Positions 52,021 to 61,774 of a stretch of 64,000 nt of DNA are shown here, piece by piece. The notes below the pieces were generated by a model. The model saw nothing but the letters and a program-made list of their open reading frames with translations, did no database searches and was not told where the DNA came from. Position 1 is the stretch's first letter; the number at the start of each line of letters is the position of its first letter. Source of the stretch: an uncultured Candidatus Melainabacteria bacterium (GTDB taxonomy: Bacteria > Cyanobacteriota > Vampirovibrionia > Gastranaerophilales > Gastranaerophilaceae). Made by a program: the position numbers and the translations under genes. Where the stretch lies: positions 29,496 through 93,495 of the forward strand of contig CATLDC010000007.1 in the NCBI GenBank assembly GCA_949902595.1, read 5' to 3'.

Positions 52021-55000
52021 TTATATATTAGAGTTTATGATTCTATCAATACAAGCTTTTGCTGAATACTGCCATTCTCTTGCCGAAATCCTTGAGACTT
52101 TTAATCCTGAGCGCTCAATGATAGCCTGCTTTTTCATGTTTGAGACCTTGGAAGGAGTCTTGTCTTCAACCCCGTCGCATTCCACAACAAACTTGCCGTC
52201 AACAAGCAAATCAACGCTCAAGCCCGCAATGTCAGTTCCGCAAACAACTTCGTGACCGAGGGTGCGGAAAGCTTCTGCAACCTCTTTTTCAAACCCGTTT
52301 TTGTAAATATTCTCATCAAAGTCGTCAGAGGTTCTAAGCGCGTACCTGTCTTCGTATTCCTGAACAAATCCGAGGTAGCTTCTCAAAATTCCTTCCGGAA
52401 GCTCGCGCGGGTCTTTTGAGATGAAGTTAATCATCTGGTACCTTGCACGGGTAATCGCAACGTTGAACAGGTTCGGCTTTTGCAGAAAAATCAGGCTCTG
52501 CGGGAAGCTGTTGTTTGCATAAGCCCATGAAATAAGGATTATGTCTCTTTCATCACCCTGGAATGTATGCGCTGTACCGATTTCAATCTGGTGCTTTTGC
52601 ATCATGTGTTCTGATAATACCCGTGAGACAGAAATCTTTAGCTGCTCAACCTGCGCGCGGAACGGGGAAATAATCCCGATACTTACAGGGTTTTCCGGAT
52701 TCTTGCGCTCGTCTTCCACAACGATTTCGTGCAGGCGTTTAACCAGCGCCTCGATTTCAGGAAGGTTTCTTGTTGCGTCAAAATCGACTTTTCCGTCAGG
52801 CACGACAACTGTTTCGAGAACTTTTTTTGAGTCGTCGTTTCTGCGCATAACTTTTATTCTTCCGCCGTAAAACTCTTTGTTTGAATAATTAATAATCGGC
52901 GGCAGGCTCCGGAAATGCTCGTCCAAAAGCACCGGATGCATTGAATAGTAGTTTGCCAAATCAAACATTGAATTTGTTCTAAATCGCCACATAAGCTGGT
53001 ATCTGTCGTTGATTCCGTACTGTGACATAAAAGACTGTTCTTTTGCTTTTTCCAAAAACGAAAGATGCGGAAGCTGCTTGTCGTCACCAACCACGACAGC
53101 TTTTTTCGCTCTGTATAAAATAGGGAAGCAGCTTGCAATGTCGCACTGGGAAGCCTCGTCGATGATTACAACATCAAACAAGCCCGGTTTCATAGGTAGA
53201 GAGCCGGATACAGCGTAAGTTGTAACGCACCAGCAAGGGAAAGCTTCAAGAAGCGGTTTAAAGTCTTCTGTTTCAAGAAGTCTGTTTTGCAGATTTTTCT
53301 TGCGTTCAACCAGTGATTTTGAATGAACAAAAAGTCTCTGGCGCTTAATCGGGTCTTGCATCAAGCTTTTTAGCGCATCTCTGCGCTTGCATTTCAGAAT
53401 ATCGATTGCCAGACGTTTTTGCTGACGTTTCATGTTTCTGATTTGTTCGGAGAGCACATGAATATTGCCTGTTGTCTGGATTTCAGTCTCGATTTTTCTT
53501 GCCTTGCAGATGAGTTTTGCAAACTCAAGCTCAACCTGAAGCAAGCCCAAGTTCTCGTTATTCACATCAAAATTGTTTACTCTAAGCACTTTTTTCAGGT
53601 TACCTATAGCAGACATGTTTTTGAGCCCTGTAAAGAACCCGCTTTTTTCAAGGTTCTCGCTAAGTGACTTGATAGAGTTTTCAACCGTGTTGATTTCGTC
53701 CTCTTTTAAAACATGTTTTATGAACTGCGGTTTTGCGTGAGTGTGTTCTTCAAGTTTTATTTGACCTTGAACTTGTGTCCACTCTTCTTCCAGCTTGATG
53801 ATTTTTTCTGATTTTTTTTCTAAATTAGATATCGCTTTCAGAAGGTTTTCCATGTCAGAAACATCGCAGAGTATTGAGTTTTCTGCTCCCTCGTCAAGGT
53901 CAACCTTGTTTGCAAGAAGGTCTTGAAGTTGCATGCTCAATTCTTTCTGGTAATTCAAACGCCCTGCTCTTAGTGCTAAAAACGGTGCGCCAAGTTCGTT
54001 CAAGCGTTCTGCAACAACGTCAACTGCTTTGTCCATGCGTGATGCAACCAGAACAGTTTTTCCGTTTGCAATCAGGTGCGCGCAAAGGTTAACAATTGTC
54101 TGTGATTTACCCGTGCCCGGAGGTCCGAAAACCGATACAAGTTTTGCGTTTTCAACATTTTTAACAACATTAAGTTGTGCGTCAGAAAGCGACAACGGTG
54201 TTACAGGAAAGAAGTCTGCAAGCGTCTTCTGCTGTGTGTCAGTCGGTTTTGACTGCGTGTACTCTTCGTTGATAAGATTGAGCACGGTCTCTCTGTAGAT
54301 TCCGCTCGGTTTTTCAGCAATCTGGGTTAACTCGTGCAGCACACCTGCTGTTACAGAAGGGCGCTTTGTCAGGATTATTGCGCACTGTTTTGTGAGGCTT
54401 ATTTTGTCGAGTTTGATTGTTGATTTCTTCGCGCTTTCTTCTTCCTCGATGATTTCGTCGACGTTTTCAGCGTTGACTTTTTCGTTGTAAAAATCTTTTG
54501 TGATGTTGTCTTCATCCACTTTTAATGCCGGATTCAAAGAAACATCAATATCAGGAACAATGGATTTAAGGGTGGTTAAGAAGATATCCATTTTTTCCTG
54601 CGTAATTGGAACGGATGGCACAACATCTAGCAGGCCTTCAAGCAGCTGCTCTGTTTCGTCCTCGTCGTCGCTTTTTTTCATGAGCGCAGTAAGTGCGCCG
54701 GTGTTGAGTGAGAGAAATTCATCAGTCAACATGCAATTGATATTCACGCCGTTTCTTTCGAGTTTGCAAGGTGCATAAAGAAGCGGGGTCAAAAATTCGT
54801 TTTTCTTGCCGCTTTTTGTTTTGCCGACCAGAAACAGGTAGCCGTAAATTAGGTATTTATCTTTCTGGCTTGTTTCAGACTGAATCATGAGTTCAGTAAG
54901 TTTCGGGTCAGAGCCTTCGAGTCTTAAGTATTCCAACCCTTGTGTGAAGAGGGTGTCTTCTTCGTCCAGAAAAATCCATTTGTTGTCTTTATCGGCTTTC

Positions 55001-55122
55001 AGGTTTCTGAAAGTCGAGCTTTTGACTTCTTCTCTCACGCAGTCGTGAAGATACTGGCTCAATTTTTTTATAAAACTGTTGTTGAATGCGGAATTAATCG
55101 CCCGTGTTGCTTCTTGTAACAT
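52021..55122 (-). CDS. Superfamily 1 (DNA2/NAM7-like) helicase with C-terminal Vsr/REase-like domain
   Basis: GPPGTGKSQT, VVIIDEASQ, VVGDDKQL, LDEHFRS, GIISPFRAQ, TAHTFQGDERD, NVAITRAR; C-terminal VDLLVDGKFVVECDG. Confidence 0.88.
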   Translation of the reverse strand: MLQEATRAINSAFNNSFIKKLSQYLHDCVREEVKSSTFRNLKADKDNKWIFLDEEDTLFTQGLEYLRLEGSDPKLTELMIQSETSQKDKYLIYGYLFLVGKTKSGKKNEFLTPLLYAPCKLERNGVNINCMLTDEFLSLNTGALTALMKKSDDEDETEQLLEGLLDVVPSVPITQEKMDIFLTTLKSIVPDIDVSLNPALKVDEDNITKDFYNEKVNAENVDEIIEEEESAKKSTIKLDKISLTKQCAIILTKRPSVTAGVLHELTQIAEKPSGIYRETVLNLINEEYTQSKPTDTQQKTLADFFPVTPLSLSDAQLNVVKNVENAKLVSVFGPPGTGKSQTIVNLCAHLIANGKTVLVASRMDKAVDVVAERLNELGAPFLALRAGRLNYQKELSMQLQDLLANKVDLDEGAENSILCDVSDMENLLKAISNLEKKSEKIIKLEEEWTQVQGQIKLEEHTHAKPQFIKHVLKEDEINTVENSIKSLSENLEKSGFFTGLKNMSAIGNLKKVLRVNNFDVNNENLGLLQVELEFAKLICKARKIETEIQTTGNIHVLSEQIRNMKRQQKRLAIDILKCKRRDALKSLMQDPIKRQRLFVHSKSLVERKKNLQNRLLETEDFKPLLEAFPCWCVTTYAVSGSLPMKPGLFDVVIIDEASQCDIASCFPILYRAKKAVVVGDDKQLPHLSFLEKAKEQSFMSQYGINDRYQLMWRFRTNSMFDLANYYSMHPVLLDEHFRSLPPIINYSNKEFYGGRIKVMRRNDDSKKVLETVVVPDGKVDFDATRNLPEIEALVKRLHEIVVEDERKNPENPVSIGIISPFRAQVEQLKISVSRVLSEHMMQKHQIEIGTAHTFQGDERDIILISWAYANNSFPQSLIFLQKPNLFNVAITRARYQMINFISKDPRELPEGILRSYLGFVQEYEDRYALRTSDDFDENIYKNGFEKEVAEAFRTLGHEVVCGTDIAGLSVDLLVDGKFVVECDGVEDKTPSKVSNMKKQAIIERSGLKVSRISAREWQYSAKACIDRIINSNI

Positions 55123-55272
55123 GTACTCTCCGTTTGTTGTTTAAAATATATAAATGTTTTTTATAACTTCCCCTTAGGGTAATTATACCACATTTTGTCG
55201 GGAATTAATACTATTAATAAATGAGTTAACGCGTTTTGAAATGTGCTAAAATCAAAATGCATAGGAGATTTT

Positions 55273-55656
55273 ATGAAAAGAATTTTACTGATAGCAGCTT
55301 TCTTGATGTGTTCATTTGTTTTTGCAAACGAAACACCGCCAATAACTGCGCCGCAGAATATTATGTTTGAGAACTGCACAAAACTCTTCGGGGTTAATAA
55401 GGATAAACTTTACAGCCTTACTCTTGCTTCGCTTTCTGCAAACAGATTCCAGATAGAAGAAGTCCAGACCGCAAACGGGTATATTATTTTTACGGCAAAC
55501 AGGAACAAATACCTTGCAACAGTTGCGGGGGTTGACAGCGCAAATTCGATTCTGAAAATCACACCGTGCAACAATGTTTACAATTTTCCGCCTGGGATTT
55601 TGATAAATACATTTAAGTATATTGATTTGAATTTGAATCTGGAAATGAAGAGTTAA
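55273..55656 (+). CDS. Exported hypothetical protein
   Basis: AGGAG RBS; signal peptide MKRILLIAAFLMCSFVFA. Confidence 0.6.
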   Translation: MKRILLIAAFLMCSFVFANETPPITAPQNIMFENCTKLFGVNKDKLYSLTLASLSANRFQIEEVQTANGYIIFTANRNKYLATVAGVDSANSILKITPCNNVYNFPPGILINTFKYIDLNLNLEMKS

Positions 55657-55671
55657 CAAGTTGTGGTTATT

Positions 55672-55704
55672 CCCTCTCCTTAGGGAGAGGGCTAGGGTGA
55701 GGGG
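55672..55704 (+). repeat. Host REP-like palindrome
   Basis: CCCTCTCCTTAGGGAGAGGG followed by CTAGGGTGAGGGG, a widespread REP-type pattern. Confidence 0.6.
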
Positions 55705-55710
55705 TCAACA

Positions 55711-56922
55711 ATGAAAAAACTTATCTTATTTTTTTTAATAATTTTCTCAATACTTGGGCTCACAGCCTGCTCAATCCATAAAGATGCAGAGCAAAAAGAA
55801 ATCACCTTCTGGACTTTGCAGATGGGCGATTTTTCTGACTATATGTACAAAGTCATCCGCACCTACGAAAAAGAACACCCGAATACCCATATAAAATGGG
55901 TTGATGTCCCGTTTTCCGAAGGCGAAAAACGCACCCTCGCCGCGGTTATGACCGATAGCCCGCCGGATTTGATAAACCTTAATCCAGATTTCTCAGCACT
56001 GCTTGCCCAGAAAGGCACCTTGGAAGAAATTCCGGAAACAGCAGTCTCAGAGTTTAATCCGGAAATCATTAAGGCTCTCAAATATAACGATAAACTTTAT
56101 TCAATCCCTTGGTATGCAACAAGCGCGATTACGATTTATAACAAAGACTTGTTTTCCAAATCCGGGATTTTGAGACTCCCGAAAACTTACAAAGAACTCG
56201 GCGCAATCTCTGAAAAGGTGAAAACTAATACGGGTGCTTACGCGTACCTACCTACAATAACAGAAAACGACACAATGGTGAAAATTCTGAACAAGTACGG
56301 AATTTCCGAGCCGGAAGATTTTTTACGGGCAAAACTGGTTTTTGAGATGTTCAAAACACTTTATCAAAAAGACCTGATACCGCCTGAGAGCATAACCTTC
56401 ACCCATCGTGAAGCCCTTGAACAGTACATGGCAGGCAAGATTGTTTTCTTTCAGGGCGGTGCAAATTTTCTTACTATGATAAAAGAAAACGCGCCTTCTG
56501 TTTATGCGCAGACCGATGTGACGGAGCAGATTAAAGGGCCTGTGGGGCAGAACGATTTTTCTGTAATGAATTTTGTTATCCCGTCAAGAGCGAAGCACAA
56601 GAAAGAAGCGCTCGATTTTTGTCTTTATCTCACAAACGAGCAAAACCAGCTTGAGCTTGCAAAGATGACGAATGTTATTGCAACAAATTCGAATGCCTTG
56701 AGCGACAGTTTTTATAACGATTATTCTTCGCTTGAAGCCAAGGCGCGCTCAATCAGTGCAAAGCAGATTAATAAGATTACGCCGCAATTGAGGCAGCGCC
56801 GCAGCCAGAAAGAAATCAACACGCTTGTAAACACGGCCGTGCAGTCTGCGCTGTTGAACAAAGATTCTGTAGAGAATGTTTTGGTCAAGCTCGCGAAGAG
56901 TTTGGCGGGGTTTGAGGATTAG
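55711..56922 (+). CDS. ABC transporter sugar-binding lipoprotein
   Basis: Lipobox LTAC; ITFWT, PPDLINL, YSIPWY...TIYNKDLF, FLTNEQNQ. Confidence 0.85.
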   Translation: MKKLILFFLIIFSILGLTACSIHKDAEQKEITFWTLQMGDFSDYMYKVIRTYEKEHPNTHIKWVDVPFSEGEKRTLAAVMTDSPPDLINLNPDFSALLAQKGTLEEIPETAVSEFNPEIIKALKYNDKLYSIPWYATSAITIYNKDLFSKSGILRLPKTYKELGAISEKVKTNTGAYAYLPTITENDTMVKILNKYGISEPEDFLRAKLVFEMFKTLYQKDLIPPESITFTHREALEQYMAGKIVFFQGGANFLTMIKENAPSVYAQTDVTEQIKGPVGQNDFSVMNFVIPSRAKHKKEALDFCLYLTNEQNQLELAKMTNVIATNSNALSDSFYNDYSSLEAKARSISAKQINKITPQLRQRRSQKEINTLVNTAVQSALLNKDSVENVLVKLAKSLAGFED

Positions 56923-57119
56923 TTTGTTTCGTCAATATCTTCTAAGTCGCCGACATGATTAACGCAAAAGATTAATAGTTTGGTCAGTAAGTATTCATTT
57001 TGACTGCATACCGCTTCGTAGTAACCTTTTCCACCTTGCTCGAGCCATTTTAGGGCATAAAGTGATACTTTGAACATATTCAAAATATTGTAGTATTCTT
57101 TTATAGCTTCTTTATTCAT
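56919..57119 (-). CDS. Small hypothetical protein
   Basis: GGAGG RBS; 66 aa. Confidence 0.45.
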   Translation of the reverse strand: MNKEAIKEYYNILNMFKVSLYALKWLEQGGKGYYEAVCSQNEYLLTKLLIFCVNHVGDLEDIDETN

Positions 57120-57220
57120 GTTTAACCTCCGTTCTTCTATGATAGTAATAGAAAATTTTCGAGATAAACACTGCTACAAAAGCACTATTGTTAAGCGCGT
57201 ATTCCCTCTCCTAGAAGTAA

Positions 57221-57523
57221 TCATTTACAATTCTTTTTATCTATTTTATATTGGGTTTCAATATTCGTCTTTTGTTGATATAAATCTAACAGTTCGTTTT
57301 GTTCTTTTTTGTAAATTTCCTGTTTTTCAGATTCATTTAAAGAGGCATTTCCCATAGTCTCTTCAATAATGTTTTTATGATGTTTTATTCTGTTATTGAT
57401 TACACTAACTTTAGCATTTTTTACTGCGCGCAAAGCTTTAATTTCATCTGAAGGATTCCAAGGTGATGCTTGAACACAGTTTGTAAGAATTAATATACAA
57501 ATACATACAAATATTTTCTTCAT
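57221..57523 (-). CDS. Small exported hypothetical protein
   Basis: AGGAG RBS; signal peptide MKKIFVCICILILTNCVQA. Confidence 0.55.
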   Translation of the reverse strand: MKKIFVCICILILTNCVQASPWNPSDEIKALRAVKNAKVSVINNRIKHHKNIIEETMGNASLNESEKQEIYKKEQNELLDLYQQKTNIETQYKIDKKNCK

Positions 57524-57533
57524 ACAGTTCTCC

Positions 57534-59243
57534 TTACATCTTTTCCGGTGCAGACACAGCCAAAATATCAAGCGCATTCTTCAAAGTCGTCTTAATCGCA
57601 ACCATCAACGCAAGCCTTGATTTCATCAACTCCTTATCGTCGCAAATAACGCGGTTTGAGTTGTAGAACGAATGAAATTCAGCCGCAAGCTCCTGAACAT
57701 AACGGCAAATCGTGTAAACAGTCCTGTTCTGCGCAGAAAGCACGATTACGGACTTGAACTCCTCTAACTTGAGAATCAAAGATTTTGCACTCTCAGCAGT
57801 TCTAAGAATCATATCCTTGTCAAAATTATTCACTAAATCAGCCAACTCAGCCTCACTCATAGGTGCAGCAGACTTCTCGCCTGTTTCAGGATTGAGCTTT
57901 TCAGAAATCGCGTTTCTCAAAATTGAACAAACCCTCGCATAAGCATACTGAACGTAGAATACCGGATTCTCGTCTGTTGAACGCTTTGCAAGCTCGATGT
58001 CAAAATCAAGCGTCATGTCAATGTTCCGCATCTCCATCCAGTAACGCGTTGCATCGATTCCAACCTCTTCAATCAAATCGTCAAGCGTTACCATGTTCTT
58101 ACGCTTGCCCATACGAACCTCTTCGCCGTTTATAACAAGGTTTACAAGCTGCCCGAGAAGCACTTCCAATTTGTCAGGGTCATACCCCAGCGCCTCAATT
58201 GAAGCCTTAACACGTGCAACATAGCCGTGGTGGTCTGCACCCCAGATGTTGATTAAACGGTCGTAACCGCGTCTTAACTTGTCTATGTGGTAAGCTATGT
58301 CAGCCGTAAGATAAGTGTTTGACCCGTCAGCCTTCTTGATAACCCTGTCCTGATCATCGCCGAACTCGGAAGACTTGAACCACATTGCGCCCTCTTTTTC
58401 GTAGAGCATTCCTTTTGCCATAAGCTCTTTGTAGCTTTCTTCAACCTTACCGGAATTGTGCAAGTCAAGCTCTGAATAGAATTTGTCAAAATGCACTCTG
58501 AAATCTTCTAATAAAGCCTTCTGGCAAGCTTCCATCTCTTTTTTTGCATAATCAGAAAGCACTTTTACATCTTCTGTCGGCTCGTGCTCTGACAGGAATT
58601 TTTTTGCAACCGGAATCAGATAATCGCCCGGATAGTAATTCTTTCTTTCAACTTCATCAGTCGGAAAATCAATATCCTCGCCTAATTCCTGCTTGATTCT
58701 AATTTTTAAAGAATTTCCAAGCTTCTGGATTTGCGAACCCGCGTCGTTGATGTAAAACTCCTGATACACTTCGTGCCCGTAAAATTTCAAAAGATTTGCA
58801 AGCGCGCTTCCCATCGCAGCCCAACGTCCGTGCCCTATGTGGAAAGGCCCTGTCGGGTTAGCAGAAACATATTCAAGCAGGATCTTTTCGGTCTTAACCC
58901 CTTCCGGTTTACCGTAGTTTTCTTTCTTGGCTAGGATTTCTGCAACTGCGTCTGCAAGAAGCGAATTTTCTATCTTGAAGTTGATAAATCCGCCAACAAC
59001 TGACACTGTGTAGTTTTGGCAGGATAGATTTTCAACAATCGCGTTTGCAATCATCGGCGGAGCAATTTTTGCAGAGCGCGCAAGTGAAGAAACATTCACC
59101 GCAAAGTCGCCAAAATCAGCGTTCTTTGGTTTTTCCATAATCAAGGAACCTGAAGTGTATTCGCTCATCTGTCCGAGCTTGCCAGCCTCGATTGCTTTGT
59201 TTATTCCGTTTTCAACTTCTTTTAGAAAAAAATCTTTTAACAT
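57534..59243 (-). CDS. argS: Arginine--tRNA ligase
   Basis: EYVSANPTGPFHIGHGR, INIWGADHHGYVAR, MGKRK, NPVFYVQYAYARVCSIL. Confidence 0.95.
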   Translation of the reverse strand: MLKDFFLKEVENGINKAIEAGKLGQMSEYTSGSLIMEKPKNADFGDFAVNVSSLARSAKIAPPMIANAIVENLSCQNYTVSVVGGFINFKIENSLLADAVAEILAKKENYGKPEGVKTEKILLEYVSANPTGPFHIGHGRWAAMGSALANLLKFYGHEVYQEFYINDAGSQIQKLGNSLKIRIKQELGEDIDFPTDEVERKNYYPGDYLIPVAKKFLSEHEPTEDVKVLSDYAKKEMEACQKALLEDFRVHFDKFYSELDLHNSGKVEESYKELMAKGMLYEKEGAMWFKSSEFGDDQDRVIKKADGSNTYLTADIAYHIDKLRRGYDRLINIWGADHHGYVARVKASIEALGYDPDKLEVLLGQLVNLVINGEEVRMGKRKNMVTLDDLIEEVGIDATRYWMEMRNIDMTLDFDIELAKRSTDENPVFYVQYAYARVCSILRNAISEKLNPETGEKSAAPMSEAELADLVNNFDKDMILRTAESAKSLILKLEEFKSVIVLSAQNRTVYTICRYVQELAAEFHSFYNSNRVICDDKELMKSRLALMVAIKTTLKNALDILAVSAPEKM

Positions 59244-59382
59244 CTTTATCCTCGCTTAATCTTTTTTTGTTTGATTCAAGTATAGGATAAACAGGGGTAA
59301 ATGTATAGGGCATAGAATCTGTGATTGATAAAATGCGCTAAGAAGTGTATGATTGAGGATGTAAAAAATAAAGGAAAATCAC

Positions 59383-59790
59383 GTGATAGAAATTTCAAAT
59401 CTTGAAAATGCATACGAAACGCTTCTTGTTTGTCACAAAGACTATAAGGAAAATCAGGATTCCCAATTCTTAGTCTATATTGCAGATTCTTGTGTAAAGC
59501 GCTTTGAATACACTCTGGAAGTTGCCTGGAAACTCGCGAAAAAGATTTTTATTCAAAAATTCGGCAAGGCTGAACAAGAACTTTCCATGAATAATATCTT
59601 TAGACTTATGCAAGGCTATGGCTACGCCGAAGATTGGGAAAGATGGCGCGATTACTACCAGAGGCGCAATAACACCGCGCACGAGTACAGCATTGAAAAA
59701 TCAAGAAAGCTGCTGGAAATTATTCCGGATTTTATCCGCGATGTGGAATTTTTTATCAAAAAATTAAAAGAGGAATCAAATGCCGATTAA
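59383..59790 (+). CDS. HEPN toxin (HI0074/HepT-like)
   Basis: VKRFEYTLEVAWK and RNNTAHEY (RX4HXY). Confidence 0.85.
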   Translation: MIEISNLENAYETLLVCHKDYKENQDSQFLVYIADSCVKRFEYTLEVAWKLAKKIFIQKFGKAEQELSMNNIFRLMQGYGYAEDWERWRDYYQRRNNTAHEYSIEKSRKLLEIIPDFIRDVEFFIKKLKEESNAD

Positions 59791-60070
59791 GGGTGTTACA
59801 GAGTTAGAAGAAAGTATTGTCAAATCAATTCTAACCCCGTATCTTGACAGATACGAGTTCTATTTCTACGGCTCCAGAGTTAAAGGCAATTTCCGCGAGC
59901 TTTCGGATTTGGATATTCTGGTAAAGTACACATCCAATCTAGATTTGAACGATATTGAAGACTTAAAACAGGCTTTTGACGAGAGTAAACTGCCTTATGT
60001 TGTAAACCTTTCTTATGATGTAGACGAAAAGTTTTATAAGCTGATTGAAAAGGATCTGGTAAAAATATGA
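59780..60070 (+). CDS. Minimal nucleotidyltransferase antitoxin (MNT/HI0073-like)
   Basis: YGSRVKGNFRELSDLDIL (GSX10DXD); overlaps the HEPN gene. Confidence 0.88.
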   Translation: MPIKGVTELEESIVKSILTPYLDRYEFYFYGSRVKGNFRELSDLDILVKYTSNLDLNDIEDLKQAFDESKLPYVVNLSYDVDEKFYKLIEKDLVKI

Positions 60071-60690
60071 TAGACGAAATTGTCCAAAAACTCAAAGACG
60101 CAAACCAGCCAAAAAGCGATTTTGTACACCTGATGGACGGGTTCAAAGACCCTTATCTTGTCCTGATTGCGTGTATCTTGAGCCTGAGGACAAACGACAG
60201 AACGACTTATCCGGCAACGCTCAGGATGCTTGAACTTGCCAAAACTCCGCACGAGATGAAAAATGTAAAGGTCGAAGACCTTGCAAAGGCGATTTATCCG
60301 GTCGGGTTCTATGAAAACAAAGCAAGGCAGATTATTGAACTCTCAAGACAGATTGACGAAGAACTCGGAGGAATCTGTCCGGATGAGATAGAAGAGCTGG
60401 TTAAGTTCAAAGGCGTTGGCAGAAAAACCGCTAACCTCGTGCTTTCTTTAGGTTTTAACAAACCCGCAATCTGCGTGGATGTGCATGTACACCGGATTTT
60501 TAACCGGCTTGGGTATATCAAGACAAAAAATCCGGAGGAAACAGAGTTTGCTTTGAGAGAAAAACTTCCGCTCAAACACTGGATTGATATTAACACCCTT
60601 CTTGTAACGCACGGTCAAAATGTCTGCAAGCCAATAAAACCAATGTGCGACAGGTGTCCAATTGTAGAGTATTGCGCTAAGATTATATAG
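60067..60690 (+). CDS. nth: Endonuclease III
   Basis: HhH motif LVKFKGVGRKTANLVL, VDVHVHRI, 4Fe-4S CKPIKPMCDRCPIVEYC. Confidence 0.93.
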   Translation: MIDEIVQKLKDANQPKSDFVHLMDGFKDPYLVLIACILSLRTNDRTTYPATLRMLELAKTPHEMKNVKVEDLAKAIYPVGFYENKARQIIELSRQIDEELGGICPDEIEELVKFKGVGRKTANLVLSLGFNKPAICVDVHVHRIFNRLGYIKTKNPEETEFALREKLPLKHWIDINTLLVTHGQNVCKPIKPMCDRCPIVEYCAKII

Positions 60691-60722
60691 TATGATAAGA
60701 TAGATTTGAAAAGAGGGTCGTA

Positions 60723-61337
60723 ATGTCAGAATCTGTTAATTGTCCGTTTTGCGGGAATATCATTCCAAAAGATGCTTTGAAGTGCGAAGAATGCGGCGCT
60801 CTGTTCAAAGAACCGGAGCTTCCGGGAGTTAAGTTCAAAGAACTCGGCCCGTTTATTGCGATTGATGTTTTGACTTTCGGGTTTTTCTCAACTATCTGGT
60901 TTTTTATTAACGCAAATGCGATTAATAACCTCGTGTCTAAACCAAAAGACTGCTTGAAACTAAACTGGCTTGTGACTCTTCTTGCGGTTAACGGCGGGTT
61001 TTACCTGTTTTTCTTCTACAAAAATCCGGTCTGGCTCCTCGTGTTTTCGATTGTCCAGATTGCGCTTTACATAGCCTTGACTTACAGGGTGCTGAGGATT
61101 ATCCAAAAATACACCTATCGGACATACGGTGTTGATGTTGAAACTAACCCTGCTTATATAATTTTGTTCAATATTCTTTATCTTGTGCACTTTGTGGACA
61201 CATACACAGCAAGGGTGCAAAACAGGCATGAGTACTTTGATTGGAAATCACCTCAAGCCATAATGTTGATTCTGCTTCTTTTGATTATATTATTTATTCT
61301 GCGTTTCTATTACGAAGCAGCCCAGATTATCGGTTAA
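60723..61337 (+). CDS. Zinc-ribbon membrane protein
   Basis: CPFCG...CEECG followed by several TM helices. Confidence 0.65.
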   Translation: MSESVNCPFCGNIIPKDALKCEECGALFKEPELPGVKFKELGPFIAIDVLTFGFFSTIWFFINANAINNLVSKPKDCLKLNWLVTLLAVNGGFYLFFFYKNPVWLLVFSIVQIALYIALTYRVLRIIQKYTYRTYGVDVETNPAYIILFNILYLVHFVDTYTARVQNRHEYFDWKSPQAIMLILLLLIILFILRFYYEAAQIIG

Positions 61338-61702
61338 ATCGACAACTCAAAAGTTGACATCTCGTTTGCAGCCTTAAACACAGCACAATTTGCCTTGTAA
61401 GCTGCCTGTGCCAGCTTGATGTTGCAAACATCGTTTACGCCCATGCCGTTTTCAAGCGCAGAGACCATTGCGTTGTCCAAATCCTGTGCGGATTTGGTAA
61501 CGTTTTCACCAGCCTGCGCAAGCAAATCTTCCGGGCGGATGTTTGAGTAATAATTACTCAAATCAACTTTGGAATTATCAACATCCGAACTTGAAAAAGT
61601 AGGCGTCTTGGCCACTTCCGGTGCATTTTTGCCCGAAGTCGCCTGCATACTTTCTATCAAGCCGGAGTAAACGGATGTATCAATGGATGAAATTGAACTC
61701 AT
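61334..61702 (-). CDS. Hypothetical protein
   Basis: 122 aa, Ser-rich N-terminus. Confidence 0.5.
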   Translation of the reverse strand: MSSISSIDTSVYSGLIESMQATSGKNAPEVAKTPTFSSSDVDNSKVDLSNYYSNIRPEDLLAQAGENVTKSAQDLDNAMVSALENGMGVNDVCNIKLAQAAYKANCAVFKAANEMSTFELSI

Positions 61703-61774
61703 AATTAAACCTTATATTATTAGTTTAACTCTTTTTCACGTTTCCACAAACGTAAAAGTAACAATTTTTTACAA

